Of a stretch of DNA of 64,000 bases, positions 1-10,524 are shown piece by piece. The stretch is from Alphaproteobacteria bacterium. Its GTDB lineage: Bacteria > Pseudomonadota > Alphaproteobacteria > Bin95. Under the pieces are notes generated by a model that had not been told where the DNA came from, searched no databases, and was given only the letters and a program-made list of their open reading frames with translations. Made by a program: the position numbers and the translations under genes. Position 1 is the first letter of the stretch; every line of letters starts with the position of its first letter. The DNA lies in the NCBI GenBank assembly GCA_964291285.2, contig OZ219787.1:1824001-1888000 (forward strand), read 5' to 3'.

Positions 1-337
1 GGCTCATCCGGCGCACCTGCAGCGGGAACGCCAGGTTCTCCGCGACCGTCATGTGCGGAAACAGCGCGTAGTTCTGGAAGACCATTCCGATGCCGCGTTT
101 GTGCGGCGGAATGTTGTTGATCGGGCGGCCGCCAAGGCTGATCTGGCCGTGCGTGGCCACCTCGAACCCGGCCAGCATCATCAGGCAGGTGGTCTTGCCG
201 GAACCCGAAGGGCCGAGCATCGTCAGGAACTCGCCGCGCGCGATTTCGAGATTCAGGTTCTTCACGACTAGCGTTTCGCCGTCGTAGCTCTTCTGAACGC
301 CGTCAAACGCGACGAAAGCGCGGTCTCGGTCCGTCAC
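1..337 (-). CDS. ABC transporter ATP-binding subunit, PotA-like (5' part; runs off window)
   Basis: Manual translation from GTG at 337, preceded by AGGAG: MTDRDRAFVAFDGVQKSYDGETLVVKNLNLEIARGEFLTMLGPSGSGKTT (Walker A) ... GMVFQNYALFPHMTV (Q-loop). Not in the ORF track because it is truncated by the window. Confidence 0.9.
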   Translation of the reverse strand, partial: MTDRDRAFVAFDGVQKSYDGETLVVKNLNLEIARGEFLTMLGPSGSGKTTCLMMLAGFEVATHGQISLGGRPINNIPPHKRGIGMVFQNYALFPHMTVAENLAFPLQVRRMS

Positions 338-497
338 GGTGTCTCCTGTAGCCGACAGTTGCGAGCGGACGCTAACACAAACGGAGCGGCAATCGATAGG
401 GGGCTTGAGATATTCGACCGCCCGGCGGGGTTTCGCCTCCCTGCGGTTGCTGCTATTCGCCCCGGGTCCGCAACCCTCAAGCGAAGGAGTTTCCGGA

Positions 498-740
498 ATG
501 GCCCAGCAACTCCTCCACCTCGTTTTCGGCGGGCGCCTGGTGCACCCCGACGGAACCGAATTCGCAAACCTCAAGGCCCTGGATATCGTCGGCATCTACC
601 CCAACTACGCCGAGGCCGCCAGGGCGTGGCGCGGCAAGGCGCAAGGCACGGTGGACGATGCGCACATGCGCTACTACGTCGTGCACCTGCACCGCCTGCT
701 GGACCCGGACAACCACGAACACGCGGAAGGACATTGCTGA
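498..740 (+). CDS. DUF4170 family small protein
   Basis: MAQQLLHLVFGG...LDIVGIYPNYAEA..AWRGKAQ.TVDDAHMRYYVVHLHRLLDP matches the alphaproteobacterial DUF4170 pattern; AAGGAG RBS upstream. Confidence 0.85.
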   Translation: MAQQLLHLVFGGRLVHPDGTEFANLKALDIVGIYPNYAEAARAWRGKAQGTVDDAHMRYYVVHLHRLLDPDNHEHAEGHC

Positions 741-2386
741 TGGACGGCGGGGAGGCGCTGGCGGAGACGCTTGCAGCATGGGGCGTGGATGCGGCCTTTG
801 CGGTTCCGGGAGAAAGCTACCTTCCCGTCCTCGCGGGGCTGCAGCGCCGGGCGAATGCGATCCGCCTCGTCACGCCCCGCCATGAATCGGGCGTCACCTT
901 CGCCTGTACGGCCTATGGCAGAATTGCCGGCAAGCCGGCGGTCGGCCTCGTCAGCCGCGGTCCCGGCTCTACCAATGCCTCCATCGGCCTGCATGTCGCC
1001 CGACAGGATTCCGTGCCGGTGCTGCTGGTGATCGGCGACGTGCCGACCGCCTCCAAGGGACGGGAGGCGTTCCAGGAAATCGACTACCACAAGATGTTTT
1101 CCGGCATAGCGAAAGCGGTGTTCGAGCCGGAGACGGCGGCGGAGGTGCCGGACAAGGCGGCCCGCGCGCTCGAACTCGCCATGGAGGGGCGGCCGGGACC
1201 TGTCGTACTGGTCATGCCCAAGGACATTTCGGACGGCGACGCAGGCGCGCCGGCCGTGCCGCAGCCTGTCCCGCGCGCTCCGGTACTTCCGGACGCCGAA
1301 ACCATTGCCGGGGCGGCGCGGCTGATCGATGCCGCCCGCCGCCCGGTCGTCATCGCGGGAGAACTGATCGCGTTCGAGGGGGCGGAAGCCTCGCTTTCCG
1401 GATTCGCTGCAGCCAGCGGCGCGGCCGTAACCACCGCCTATCGGTGCCAGGATGCGATCGCCAATGACGAGCCGGCCTATATCGGTCATCTGGAGATCAA
1501 CCGCGACAGCTTTCAGGAGCAAGGCTGGGAGGAGGCGGATCTCGTCATCGCGGCCGGTGCGCGTCTGGACGGCATCACGACCCGCGACTTTTCGATGGTC
1601 CGGGACGATCAGACGTTGATCCACATTCATCCCGACGCCGCGGTCCTGGAGCGCTGGCCGTCCGGAGCAGCGATCCGGGCCGATGCAGGGCCCGCACTGG
1701 AGGCGCTCTCCGCCGCCGTTGCGAACGGCAGTCCGGGCCGTCTCGATTGGCGGGCGGACCTGAACAGGGCCTACCGGGATTTTTCGGAGCCCGGCGGCGT
1801 TCCCGTTCACGGTCGCGTCGATCTCGCGGAAATCACTGCCGAAACCCGGAGGCAATTGCCGTCCGATGCGGTGGTCATCACCGACAGCGGCACCTTTGCG
1901 CGATGGGTGCATCGGTATTTTCGGTTCGCCGGACCCCGCACCCAGGCAGGGCCGATGGCCGGCGCGATGGGCTACGGCGTGCCCGGCGGCATCGGCGCCG
2001 CGCTCGCCCGGCCACGGTCTCCGGTCGTCGTATTCGTCGGCGACGGCGGCTTCCTGATGACGGGGCAGGAGGCCGTGACGCTGGTGCAGGAACGCCTGCC
2101 GGTGAAGATCATCGTCTGCGACAACAATGCGTGGGGGTCGATCCTCACCTCGCAGCAGTCGCGCTACGGCGAGGCCGGAGTCTTCGGCACGAGGCTGGAA
2201 AGCCCGGATTTCGAGGCGGTCGGCCGCGCTTACGGCCTCCATGCAAGCCGCGTGCGGGAGACGGGAGAGTTCGCCGGCGCCTTCGCGGCCGCGCTTGCGC
2301 ATCCGGGGCCGGCGCTGATCCACCTCGAACTCGACGAGCGCGATATCTCGCCCTTCACCGGCGCCTCGCAGTCATACCGCGTCTGA
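740..2386 (+). CDS. Thiamine-diphosphate-dependent enzyme (acetolactate synthase large subunit-like)
   Basis: VPGESYL, RHESG, SRGPGSTNAS, AFQEID motifs and the ThDP motif GDGGFLM...NN; ATG overlaps the upstream stop (TGATG). Confidence 0.9.
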   Translation: MDGGEALAETLAAWGVDAAFAVPGESYLPVLAGLQRRANAIRLVTPRHESGVTFACTAYGRIAGKPAVGLVSRGPGSTNASIGLHVARQDSVPVLLVIGDVPTASKGREAFQEIDYHKMFSGIAKAVFEPETAAEVPDKAARALELAMEGRPGPVVLVMPKDISDGDAGAPAVPQPVPRAPVLPDAETIAGAARLIDAARRPVVIAGELIAFEGAEASLSGFAAASGAAVTTAYRCQDAIANDEPAYIGHLEINRDSFQEQGWEEADLVIAAGARLDGITTRDFSMVRDDQTLIHIHPDAAVLERWPSGAAIRADAGPALEALSAAVANGSPGRLDWRADLNRAYRDFSEPGGVPVHGRVDLAEITAETRRQLPSDAVVITDSGTFARWVHRYFRFAGPRTQAGPMAGAMGYGVPGGIGAALARPRSPVVVFVGDGGFLMTGQEAVTLVQERLPVKIIVCDNNAWGSILTSQQSRYGEAGVFGTRLESPDFEAVGRAYGLHASRVRETGEFAGAFAAALAHPGPALIHLELDERDISPFTGASQSYRV

Positions 2387-2480
2387 CCGCGGCGCAGTCG
2401 GGAGGGCCTCTTCTTGAAGCGGGACTCCCGCTGTTCTAGCGTGCGGCGCCCAGGTTCGAGGCCCGAGGGGGGAAGCCGGC

Positions 2481-2903
2481 ATGAGCATCCGCATCGAGAC
2501 TCTCGACGCGTTCTTCAATCCGAAATCCGTGGCCATCGTCGGTGCCTCGTCCAACTTCACGAAGATCGGCGGCCGGCCGGTCCACAACATGAAAATCTCG
2601 GGCTATGGCGGCAAGGTCTATCCGGTCAATCCGGGCGCTGCCGAGATCCAGGGCTTGCCGGCCTTCCCGGCCGTGGGCGACATTCCGGACGCCGTCGATA
2701 TGGCGGTGATCGTCGTGCCGATGCCGCATGTGGAACCGGCGGTGACGGCCTGCATCGAGAAGGGCGTGAAGGCCGCCATCGTGCTGTCCTCCGGTTTCGC
2801 CGAGATTTCCGAGGACGGCGCGCGCGCCCAGCGCCGTTTGGCCGATCTCGGCGCCGAAGGCGGGCTCCGTATCATGGACCCCAATGTAACGAGATATTTT
2901 TAA
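2481..2903 (+). pseudogene. Acetate-CoA ligase (ADP-forming) family, N-terminal CoA-binding domain only
   Basis: FFNPKSVAIVGAS, VYPVNP, SSGFAE; similarity ends at RIMDPN (~2885, normally R.xGPNC.G), followed by AT-rich foreign sequence. Confidence 0.75.
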
Positions 2904-3387
2904 CCTTCTATACGGACTTGATTTTACTGGTTTTTTCTGGCCTCCGGCAAATCAAGCCTGTTTTCAGATAGCGGCCCGAGACCGGATCGATCCGAAAAGA
3001 GGCGTTGCCGGCTCGCGCATGCCGACAAACGGTCCATCGCCCGAAGGGCATGACGATGATTCCGCTGCGGGATGACAACCCGGCCCGTCTCCCGCCGCGC
3101 GCGTGTAACGCCGTCGAGGCGTTCGGCGAGCGGACGGGCAAGCCGGGACTGGCCGTACATCCGCGGACACCGGTCCGAATGCGCCGGGCGGCAATCGTGT
3201 GGCGGCCGTGAGCTTCGGAGCGTGCGCATCCGGCGTGTCGGCGGTTCGGGGCAGGGCTGGCGCGCATGTCCGGGGTGGTGGAAATCCCCTGACCGATCCC
3301 TTTGCAAGGCAGGCCGGCGGTCTCCAGAGTGACGCCGGTTGCCGGGCCGTTGCGGGCGGCGCCGGGAAGGACCTGGAGGAGAGCGGG

Positions 3388-3490
3388 ATGGGCGCGACCG
3401 AACCGGAATTCATGGGCACGCGGCATGTGGCGGCGCGGCTCGGGCTCTCGCCCCGCACGCTGGGGGCTGCCGGGTGAGCGGGGGCGCCCA
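3388..3490 (+). pseudogene. Excisionase/AlpA-like helix-turn-helix remnant
   Basis: EFMGTRHVAARLGLSPRTL, then an apparent frameshift into a CRVSGG-like continuation; GGAG-rich RBS upstream. Confidence 0.45.
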
Positions 3491-3670
3491 AAGGGTAGCC
3501 AGAACGGCGCAAGCATGAGAAGGAAGAACGACAAGCCTGACTTGACTGCGACCGCCACCGTCCCGGTCAATCCCGGCTGACCGAAAACCAGGTGCCCGGA
3601 GCCACGCCCAAGGCTGGTCGCGACTTGCCGAACCCCCTGGACAGAATCACTGAAATCCGCAATCTTCGTT

Positions 3671-5609
3671 GAGGCGTGTGCGCTGTTTGGAAGTTCTTTC
3701 TGAGCAAGGCATTGCGGAGGGTCTGGATTTTTCTTACCCCGTCAGGATGGCTGATTTCCGGGGTTTTTGCGGTTTGGAGGGAAAGGTTTTGTGGATTTCC
3801 ACCCCATGGCCGTGCGCGGGCTGGTTTTCGGGCGCGTCGCGTTGAGGCGCGGGACTGAGTAGAAGGTGTCGCCATCGGGCCTGCGGCCCTTGTTCCATCC
3901 ACCGGCGCTGGTTGGGAGAACATGATGGCGACAGCGGAGAAGTTAGCCTTTTCGTGGTGGTCTGTGGAGGGCCTTGCGGACCTTGAGCGTCTGCGTGTGG
4001 TGCTCGACACGCTTCCCGACGAGAAGGTTGTGGCTGCGCTTGAGGCGGGTCGCGGTCGCGGGCGGAACGACTATCCGGTACGGGCGATGTGGCGTGCGTT
4101 GATCGCGGGGATCGTGTTCCAGCATGCCTCGATGCAGTCGCTGCTGCGTGAGCTGGGCCGCAACCCGGCATTGCTTGAGATTTGCGGGTTCGAGGCGCTG
4201 CCCTTGCAGGGTGCGCCGGTGGTGGCGCTTTGCGCGGGGCGGGTGGTGAGGTATCCGGCGCCGTTGCGCTCGACGGTGCCGGGCGCCTGGAACTTCTCGC
4301 GGTTCCTGGGGCGCGTGGTGCGCCTTGAGGACGAGCGCGGCCTTGTGTCGGGGATGATCGGGCGTCTGCGCGCCTCGCTGTTCGAGGAGTTGCCGGACTT
4401 CGGTCGCCATCTCGGGTATGACGGCAAGGCGGTGGCGAGCCACTCGACGGGCCGGGTTGCCGGGGCCAGGGGGCAGACCTCGGACCCCGATGCGGACTGG
4501 GGCAGGCACGAGACGGGCGGGGTGAACGCGAAGACCGGCGCGGTGTGGAAGAAGGTGAAGTCGTGGTTCGGCTACGGGCTGCACCTGATCGCCGACACGG
4601 ACCACGAGGTTCCTGTGGCCTTCGAGGTGACGCGGGCGTCGGCATCGGAACCCGGGGTGCTGTCCGGGATGCTGGAGGAGTTGTTCGCCGAGGCGCCGGA
4701 GATGGCCGGGCGCTGCGCCGATTTCAGCGCCGACCGCGGTCTCGACAACGCCCGCCTGAAGGCGCGGTTGTGGGACAGGTGGCATATCCGCCCGCTGATC
4801 GACACGCGCCTGATGTGGCGGGCGGAGAAGAAGGAGCCGGGCCATGACCCGGCCCGGCCGATCACGCGACCGCTGTTCCCCGGGCGCGCCGACGTCATCG
4901 TTCATGACGAACGCGGCCGGGTGTCCTGCGTGTGCCCGCAGACCGGCGAGGTCCGCGCCATGGCCTTCCAGGGGTTCGAGGTCGGGCGCGGCGTCTGCGG
5001 CACGCTCAAATACCGCTGCCCCGCAGCCGCCTTCGGCTTCGAGTGCAAGGGACGCCGGGCCTGCCATCGGGCGGGTGGGGTGAAGTCCGGCGAATACGGC
5101 CGCATCCTGCGCGTCGACCTCGACAGCCATGACCGGCGTATCTTCACGCCCACGCCCTAGGGCAGCCCGTCATGGCGGCGCGGATACAACCGGCGCACCG
5201 CCATGGAGCGGATCAACGCCCGCCTCGACCGCAGCTTCAACTTCGAGACCCATTACATCCGCGGACGCGCGAAGATGAAGACCCGCATCGGGCTGGCCCT
5301 GGCGGTCATGATGGCCATGGCGCTTGCACAGGCCCGCGCCGGACGCGTCGCACGCATGCGCTCCCTGGTCGGCCCGGCGCCATACCTCGATACCGGCTGA
5401 CCCCTCAGCCGACTGCCGACAACGCTGACCCAACCCGCCGGACCCCGGCATACGGACAAACGCGACCGAAGGCCGGCGATGCTGCCGGGCTGGGCCGCTC
5501 AAGTTCGAAAAGCAACCGCGGCGACCGCCTCGAACGCCGGAACAAACAACATCAACACCCGGACCCAACGTCCCATCCGACCGGAAAAACCCCACAGCGC
5601 AAATTTCTC
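3671..5609 (+). mobile_element. IS1182/IS5-like insertion sequence, copy 1 (1939 bp)
   Basis: Imperfect 16-bp TIR GAGGCGTGTGCGCTGT / GAGAAATTTGCGCTGT; near-identical copies at 22807, 27283 and 52469; no matching target duplication here. Confidence 0.9.
3922..5400 (+). pseudogene. DDE transposase (DUF772-like N-terminus) with a nonsense mutation
   Basis: Matches the 492-aa ORFs at 23058 and 27534 but has TGG>TAG at 5158-5160. Confidence 0.9.
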
Positions 5610-5667
5610 TCCGGTTGAGCGGCGCTTCCGGTATTCTATTCGATGCGATACTAGGTCGGAGAAGACG

Positions 5668-6765
5668 ATGCCGCAGGACACAGCAGGCCTCGACAGGCCG
5701 AAATGGCTCGGCTATCTGCAACTTGCCGTCATTCTCGGCGCGATCGCTGTTGCGCTCTATCTCGCCCGGGCTCCGGAACGGGTCGAGCGTATCGACCGGT
5801 CGGCGCTGGCGGCTGAGGAAAGAAGACTGATCGTCAGCATCGTTCGGCCGGAGCCGACCGAACGGGCGCTCACCCTCCGTCTGACCGGCTCCGTCGTGCT
5901 GAAGGAGCGGGCGACCGTCATGTCCGAAGTCGTCGGGCGCGTTGTCTGGGTCTCGCCGGACTTCGCGCCCGGCGGGTCGATAGATGCGGATGAAGTCTTT
6001 ATCAGGATCGATCCCGAAGAATATGAGCTCAAGGTCGAACAGGCCCGGTTGGAGGTCGCGGGTCTTGAACACGAAATAAGCGGGCAGGAGGTCCGGAACG
6101 AAGACACAGCGGGCACGGCCCTGAAGCTGGAGAAGGCGCTCGTGGAGCTGCGGCTGGCGGAGTTGCAGCTTCGCAGGACGGAGATTTCCCTTCCCTTCGA
6201 TGCCCGTGTGATCTCTTCTAGCGTCGAGGTCGGCGAACTTGCAGGACCAGCGGAAAAGGTTGGCGAGGCTGCGGTGCTGGGTGTAGTCTATCGCCCGGAA
6301 TCGATTCGCGTGACCGCGCCCATCGAGCAACGGGACCTCAAGCATCTCTCGCCTGTCGTCGGGCGAACAGCCAAAGTCCGCACCAGGACAGGAGTCTACA
6401 GGGCGAACGTCGCGGGAGTTTCCCCGGTCGTGGCGCCGACAAGCCGGCTCGCGTCGGTTTTCCTGAAGTTCTCGGACGACCTGCCGGTCGCGCGCCGGCC
6501 GCTGCCCCACACTTTCGCCGAGATCTCCATTGAGGGCCCGGCGCATCGGAATGTCTATGTGCTGCCCGAAGCGGCCTCACAGGCGAACGAACGCGTCTGG
6601 GTTGTCAGGGACGGCGCGCTGAACTCGGTCGAACCGCAAGTGCTGGGCCGAATCGACGGCGGATGGGTGGTGCAAGCCTTCGACGCGGGCGACGGCGTCG
6701 TTATCGGCACCTTGCCGGCAGCCCGCGAGGGTCTTGCCGTAACCGCCGCGAAACCGCAGGAATAG
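5668..6765 (+). CDS. RND efflux periplasmic adaptor (membrane fusion protein)
   Basis: N-terminal TM (LAVILGAIAVALYL), lipoyl halves SEVVGRVVWVS and ISLPFDARV, coiled hairpin; GGAG RBS; adjacent to an RND permease. Confidence 0.9.
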   Translation: MPQDTAGLDRPKWLGYLQLAVILGAIAVALYLARAPERVERIDRSALAAEERRLIVSIVRPEPTERALTLRLTGSVVLKERATVMSEVVGRVVWVSPDFAPGGSIDADEVFIRIDPEEYELKVEQARLEVAGLEHEISGQEVRNEDTAGTALKLEKALVELRLAELQLRRTEISLPFDARVISSSVEVGELAGPAEKVGEAAVLGVVYRPESIRVTAPIEQRDLKHLSPVVGRTAKVRTRTGVYRANVAGVSPVVAPTSRLASVFLKFSDDLPVARRPLPHTFAEISIEGPAHRNVYVLPEAASQANERVWVVRDGALNSVEPQVLGRIDGGWVVQAFDAGDGVVIGTLPAAREGLAVTAAKPQE

Positions 6766-6775
6766 GGGGCGGCGC

Positions 6776-9700
6776 ATGAGCAACATGGACGATGGAGGCG
6801 GCTCCGGCGGGACCGGAACGCCTGTGCAGCGGGGCCCGATCGCCTGGTTTGCGGCAAACCCCGTCGCCGCGAATCTGCTGATGGTCTTCCTGATCGTCGC
6901 CGGCGCAATCGCCGGTTCGCGGCTCGCGGTCCAAGACCTCCCGGAGTTCGACCAGCGGCGCGTCTCCATCATGATTCCGATGCCCGGCGCCTCGCCGACA
7001 GAAGTGCACGAGGACGTCGTCCGCCGGGTTGAGGAAGCGATTATCGGCATATCCGGCGTCAGCCGGGTGGTCAGCACGGCGAAGGAAGGCATCGGCCTGA
7101 TCGATGTGGAACTGGAAGTCTTTGCCGACAACGCAATGGTGCTGAACGATGTCACACGTGCCATCGACGCCTTGGAGAATTTCCCGCCGCCAAACGCCGA
7201 ACCGCCCGAAATCAAGCTGGTCCGGTGGAGAAACGATGTCGTAACGATCGCGGTGTCTTCCGGTGCGGTGACCGAAAACCAGCTTCGGCTTGCGGCAGAA
7301 AGCCTGCGCGACTCGCTGCTGGCCCTACCGACCGTGTCCCACATAAGGGTGGAAGGCACGCGCGACCGGGAGATCACGATAGAGCTGAACGAGGAGGACC
7401 TGCGGCGAAACCGGCTCCAGATATCTGACGTCAGGCAGGCAATCAGTCGGGATTCTCTCAACCTGACCTTCGGAGAGCTGCGGACCGAAGCAGGCGGCGT
7501 TGTGCTGCAGGTGGTCGCGAAGCGGGAGCATAGTGCGGAGTTCAAGGATATACCGCTCATTACGCGGCTCGACGGAACGGTGGTGACGCTCGGCGATGTC
7601 GCCAGGATTCGCGATGGTTTCGTCGATGAGAATGTTCTGACGGAAACGGCCGGCGTGCCGGCGGTATTCCTGCGGATAACCGCGACCGGCAGGCAATCGA
7701 CCAAGGAAATGAGGAACACTGTCGTGGAGTTCCTTGGCGGTTACAGCCCGCCCGCGCATGTTTCGGTCAATATCTGGGACGACAAGGTCGAGGCGACCGT
7801 CGAGCGGTTGACACGGATCTTCGCCAATTCCGCGATCGGCGCGGCGCTGGTGTTCATCTGCCTGGTCGCGGTGCTCGACCTCCGGGTGGCGTTCTGGACG
7901 ACTTTCGGCATTCCTCTGGCCTTCATCGGGTCGCTGATTTTCTTCGCCCCGGCCGGCCTGACGCTGAATATGGGCACCCTGTTCGCGTTCTTCCTGATGG
8001 TCGGCATTGTGGTGGATGATGCCGTTGTCGTCGGGGAGAGCATCGCCACGGAACGGGCCCGGACCGGCTCGGCGCTGGCCGCGGCGATTTCGGGCGCGAG
8101 GGCTGTGGTCGGGCCGCTGGTCGTCGGCGCGGCCACGACGCTGATCGCGCTGGTTCCCCTACTGTTCGTCACCGAGGGCGGATGGCAGATCATGAGAATG
8201 ATTCCCTATGTGGCGCTGTTTGTGCTCATCATATCGCTGGTGGAGGCGTTCCTCATCCTGCCGGCGCATTTGGCGTATGACAGGCCCTGGAGCGCGCCGC
8301 CGCTGAGCGGCTGGCAGGGGGCAGTGCGCGGCTGGCTCGACGGCGTCCGCGACAGCGTGGTGGCTGCAACCGTTTCCTGGTCGGTGCGCCATGTCTGGAT
8401 GGCGGTTGGAATCGGCATCCTCGTCGTTGTCTGCGCAGTGCTGCTTGTGCGCTACCACGAGGTACGGGTCCTGTTCGCGGAGGAGAGGACGGACATTAGC
8501 AACTCGGTCCAGGCGGAGTTGCGCCTGCCTGCCGGATCGCCGTTCGAGGCGACGCTTGCCGCCGCCGAGCGCTTCAGGGATGCGGCCAAGGGTGTGAACG
8601 ACGATCTGGGGGGGGCAGCGATCAAGTCTGTCAGCATGGTCGTCGGGAAGATCCTGTCCACTTGGCCCAGGGATGACGCGGTCAGGGGCGAACATGTGGC
8701 GACGGTTAAGGCGCACCTTTACCGCCGTCCCGTCCGCGATGCCGCGCCCGCCGAAGTGGAGCGCGCGTGGCGGGCCCGCATCGGCGATATTTCGAGCTTG
8801 GAACATGTGGAATATGTGTTGACCCGAGGCAAGATCAGGCCGAACCTAGCCTATTCGATCCGACATAATGATCGGGAGTTGCTGCAGGGGGCCGCGCAAA
8901 AACTGCGCTCGGCGCTCGCTGCGATACCCGGCGTGTACGGTGTTTACGACAGTCTCTCGCCCGGCAAGCGTCAGCTCGAGATAGAAGTGACGCCGGCCGG
9001 CAAGGCGGCCGGGCTTTCGCCGGCGCTGCTGGGAGCGCAATTGCGCGCCCGGCTTCATGGCGCCGAAGCGCAGCGCATCCAGCGTGGCCGCGAGGAAATC
9101 GAGGTCGTCGTCAGATATCCCTCGGAACGCCGCCGGAGCCTGAAGGAACTGGCCGGGATGCGCATAGACCGGCCCGGCGGGGGCGAGATTCCGCTCTTCC
9201 TGGCGGCCACGCTCACGGAAAAACAGGAGTTGGCCGAACTGACGCGGATCGACGGCAAGCCGGCGGTCTTTATTGAGGCGAGAGCCGACGCCGCAGTCAT
9301 TACGCCGATCCAGGCCCGCAGGCTTATAGAGGACGGCGTCGTGCGGGAACTGCGCGCCGCGCATCCCGGCATCGCGGTGGAGAGGGACGGCGGCGCTCGA
9401 AACGAACGGCGGGTGCTGGAAACGCTGGCTACCCTGGTGCCGCTTGCGCTGATCGCCATGTATGCGGTCATGGCGGCGTTCCTGCGCAGCTACTGGAAAC
9501 CGCTGGTCGCCGCAGCCGGAATCCCGGCCGCCTTCGCCGGGGCGGTGCTGATGCACTGGATACTCGGCTGGGACTTCAACTTCATGTCGATCTTCGGGAT
9601 CGTCGCCGTCTCAGGCGTCGTCGTGAACGATGCGCTGGTGCTGCTCGACCGCTACAACATCATCCGCCGGGAGAACGACGCCCTGCCTGCGATCGCCGCC

Positions 9701-9916
9701 GCGGCGGCCGCCACGCGCCACCGCTTCCGCGCCGTGCTGCTCACCAGCCTGACGACGGTGCTCGGCCTCTCGCCCCTGCTCTACGAGCGCAGCGACGCCC
9801 TGCTCTTCCTGGTGCCGTTCGTGGCAAGCATGCTGGGCGGGCTCGTGCTGGCGGGCATGTTCGTCCTGTTCCTCCTGCCGGCGATGGTCATGATCGCCGA
9901 CGGCAGGCATGAATAG
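6776..9916 (+). CDS. RND efflux permease (AcrB/AcrD/AcrF family)
   Basis: 1046 aa; NPVAANLLM, GIVVDDAVVVGE, GVVVNDALVL, RFRAVLLTSLTT. Confidence 0.95.
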   Translation: MSNMDDGGGSGGTGTPVQRGPIAWFAANPVAANLLMVFLIVAGAIAGSRLAVQDLPEFDQRRVSIMIPMPGASPTEVHEDVVRRVEEAIIGISGVSRVVSTAKEGIGLIDVELEVFADNAMVLNDVTRAIDALENFPPPNAEPPEIKLVRWRNDVVTIAVSSGAVTENQLRLAAESLRDSLLALPTVSHIRVEGTRDREITIELNEEDLRRNRLQISDVRQAISRDSLNLTFGELRTEAGGVVLQVVAKREHSAEFKDIPLITRLDGTVVTLGDVARIRDGFVDENVLTETAGVPAVFLRITATGRQSTKEMRNTVVEFLGGYSPPAHVSVNIWDDKVEATVERLTRIFANSAIGAALVFICLVAVLDLRVAFWTTFGIPLAFIGSLIFFAPAGLTLNMGTLFAFFLMVGIVVDDAVVVGESIATERARTGSALAAAISGARAVVGPLVVGAATTLIALVPLLFVTEGGWQIMRMIPYVALFVLIISLVEAFLILPAHLAYDRPWSAPPLSGWQGAVRGWLDGVRDSVVAATVSWSVRHVWMAVGIGILVVVCAVLLVRYHEVRVLFAEERTDISNSVQAELRLPAGSPFEATLAAAERFRDAAKGVNDDLGGAAIKSVSMVVGKILSTWPRDDAVRGEHVATVKAHLYRRPVRDAAPAEVERAWRARIGDISSLEHVEYVLTRGKIRPNLAYSIRHNDRELLQGAAQKLRSALAAIPGVYGVYDSLSPGKRQLEIEVTPAGKAAGLSPALLGAQLRARLHGAEAQRIQRGREEIEVVVRYPSERRRSLKELAGMRIDRPGGGEIPLFLAATLTEKQELAELTRIDGKPAVFIEARADAAVITPIQARRLIEDGVVRELRAAHPGIAVERDGGARNERRVLETLATLVPLALIAMYAVMAAFLRSYWKPLVAAAGIPAAFAGAVLMHWILGWDFNFMSIFGIVAVSGVVVNDALVLLDRYNIIRRENDALPAIAAAAAATRHRFRAVLLTSLTTVLGLSPLLYERSDALLFLVPFVASMLGGLVLAGMFVLFLLPAMVMIADGRHE

Positions 9917-9968
9917 GGCAGAACAGGCCGACCTCGGGGGGCATAACAAGGTTTGGCGAAACGCCGTT

Positions 9969-10060
9969 GAGGCGTGTGCGCTGTTCGGCAGTCCTTTCTG
10001 AGCAAGGGGCGCCGAATGGGATGAGATTTTTCTTACCCCATCGGCGTGTTTGATTTCTGC
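9969..10060 (+). mobile_element. Diverged orphan left end related to the 1939-bp IS
   Basis: GAGGCGTGTGCGCTGTTCGGCAGTCCTTTCTGAGCAAGG...GATTTTTCTTACCCC aligns with 3671-3740 with several substitutions. Confidence 0.7.
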
Positions 10061-10264
10061 CGGATCCGGCGCGCCGCCCAGTGCGGTTTGCGCGATTTCC
10101 ACTATCGGGACATCGTGCGCACGGAGGATGAGGCGGGCGAGTGGATCGAGGTCCATGACGGGCCGAAGGTCCGGCGGCGCTATCCGTTCAGCTATCCTGC
10201 GCAAGCCTGTAGAGACGTGGACAAGAGGGGTGCCGATTCTCACCAAAGGAGCCGGCGATTCTCA

Positions 10265-10427
10265 GTGCGCCGTGGAAAGGCGCGTTATCCCAGTGGGTGC
10301 GAATCCCGCCCAACCCTTGTCGCTTCGGTTGGAAGCAACCAGAGCGGCTTACGGGTAAAAGTTCCGTCGGGCCGTGGAAGTCCTCCGGCTGATTGAACAG
10401 GAAGCCCGGCACCAGAGAGGATTTTAC
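10265..10427 (+). ncRNA. Group II intron 5' fragment (start of domain I)
   Basis: Begins GTGCG (the GUGYG 5' consensus) with hairpins GCGCC-GTGGAAA-GGCGC and GGGTGCGAATCCC; cut off by an IS1380 end at 10428; no RT ORF or domain V seen. Confidence 0.55.
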
Positions 10428-10524
10428 CCTAAATCCGGCAGTTGAGGATGGCGGGGCCTTGCCGAATTCCTTGTAGTCTGCGGGTATGAGCGGCTTTTCA
10501 GGGGCCGAAGAGGCTCACCCTTTG
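10428..10524 (+). mobile_element. IS1380 left-end fragment
   Basis: TIR CCTAAATCCGGCAGTTGA plus the first codons MSGFSGAEEAHPL of the IS1380 transposase; breaks at CCCTTTG. Confidence 0.85.
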
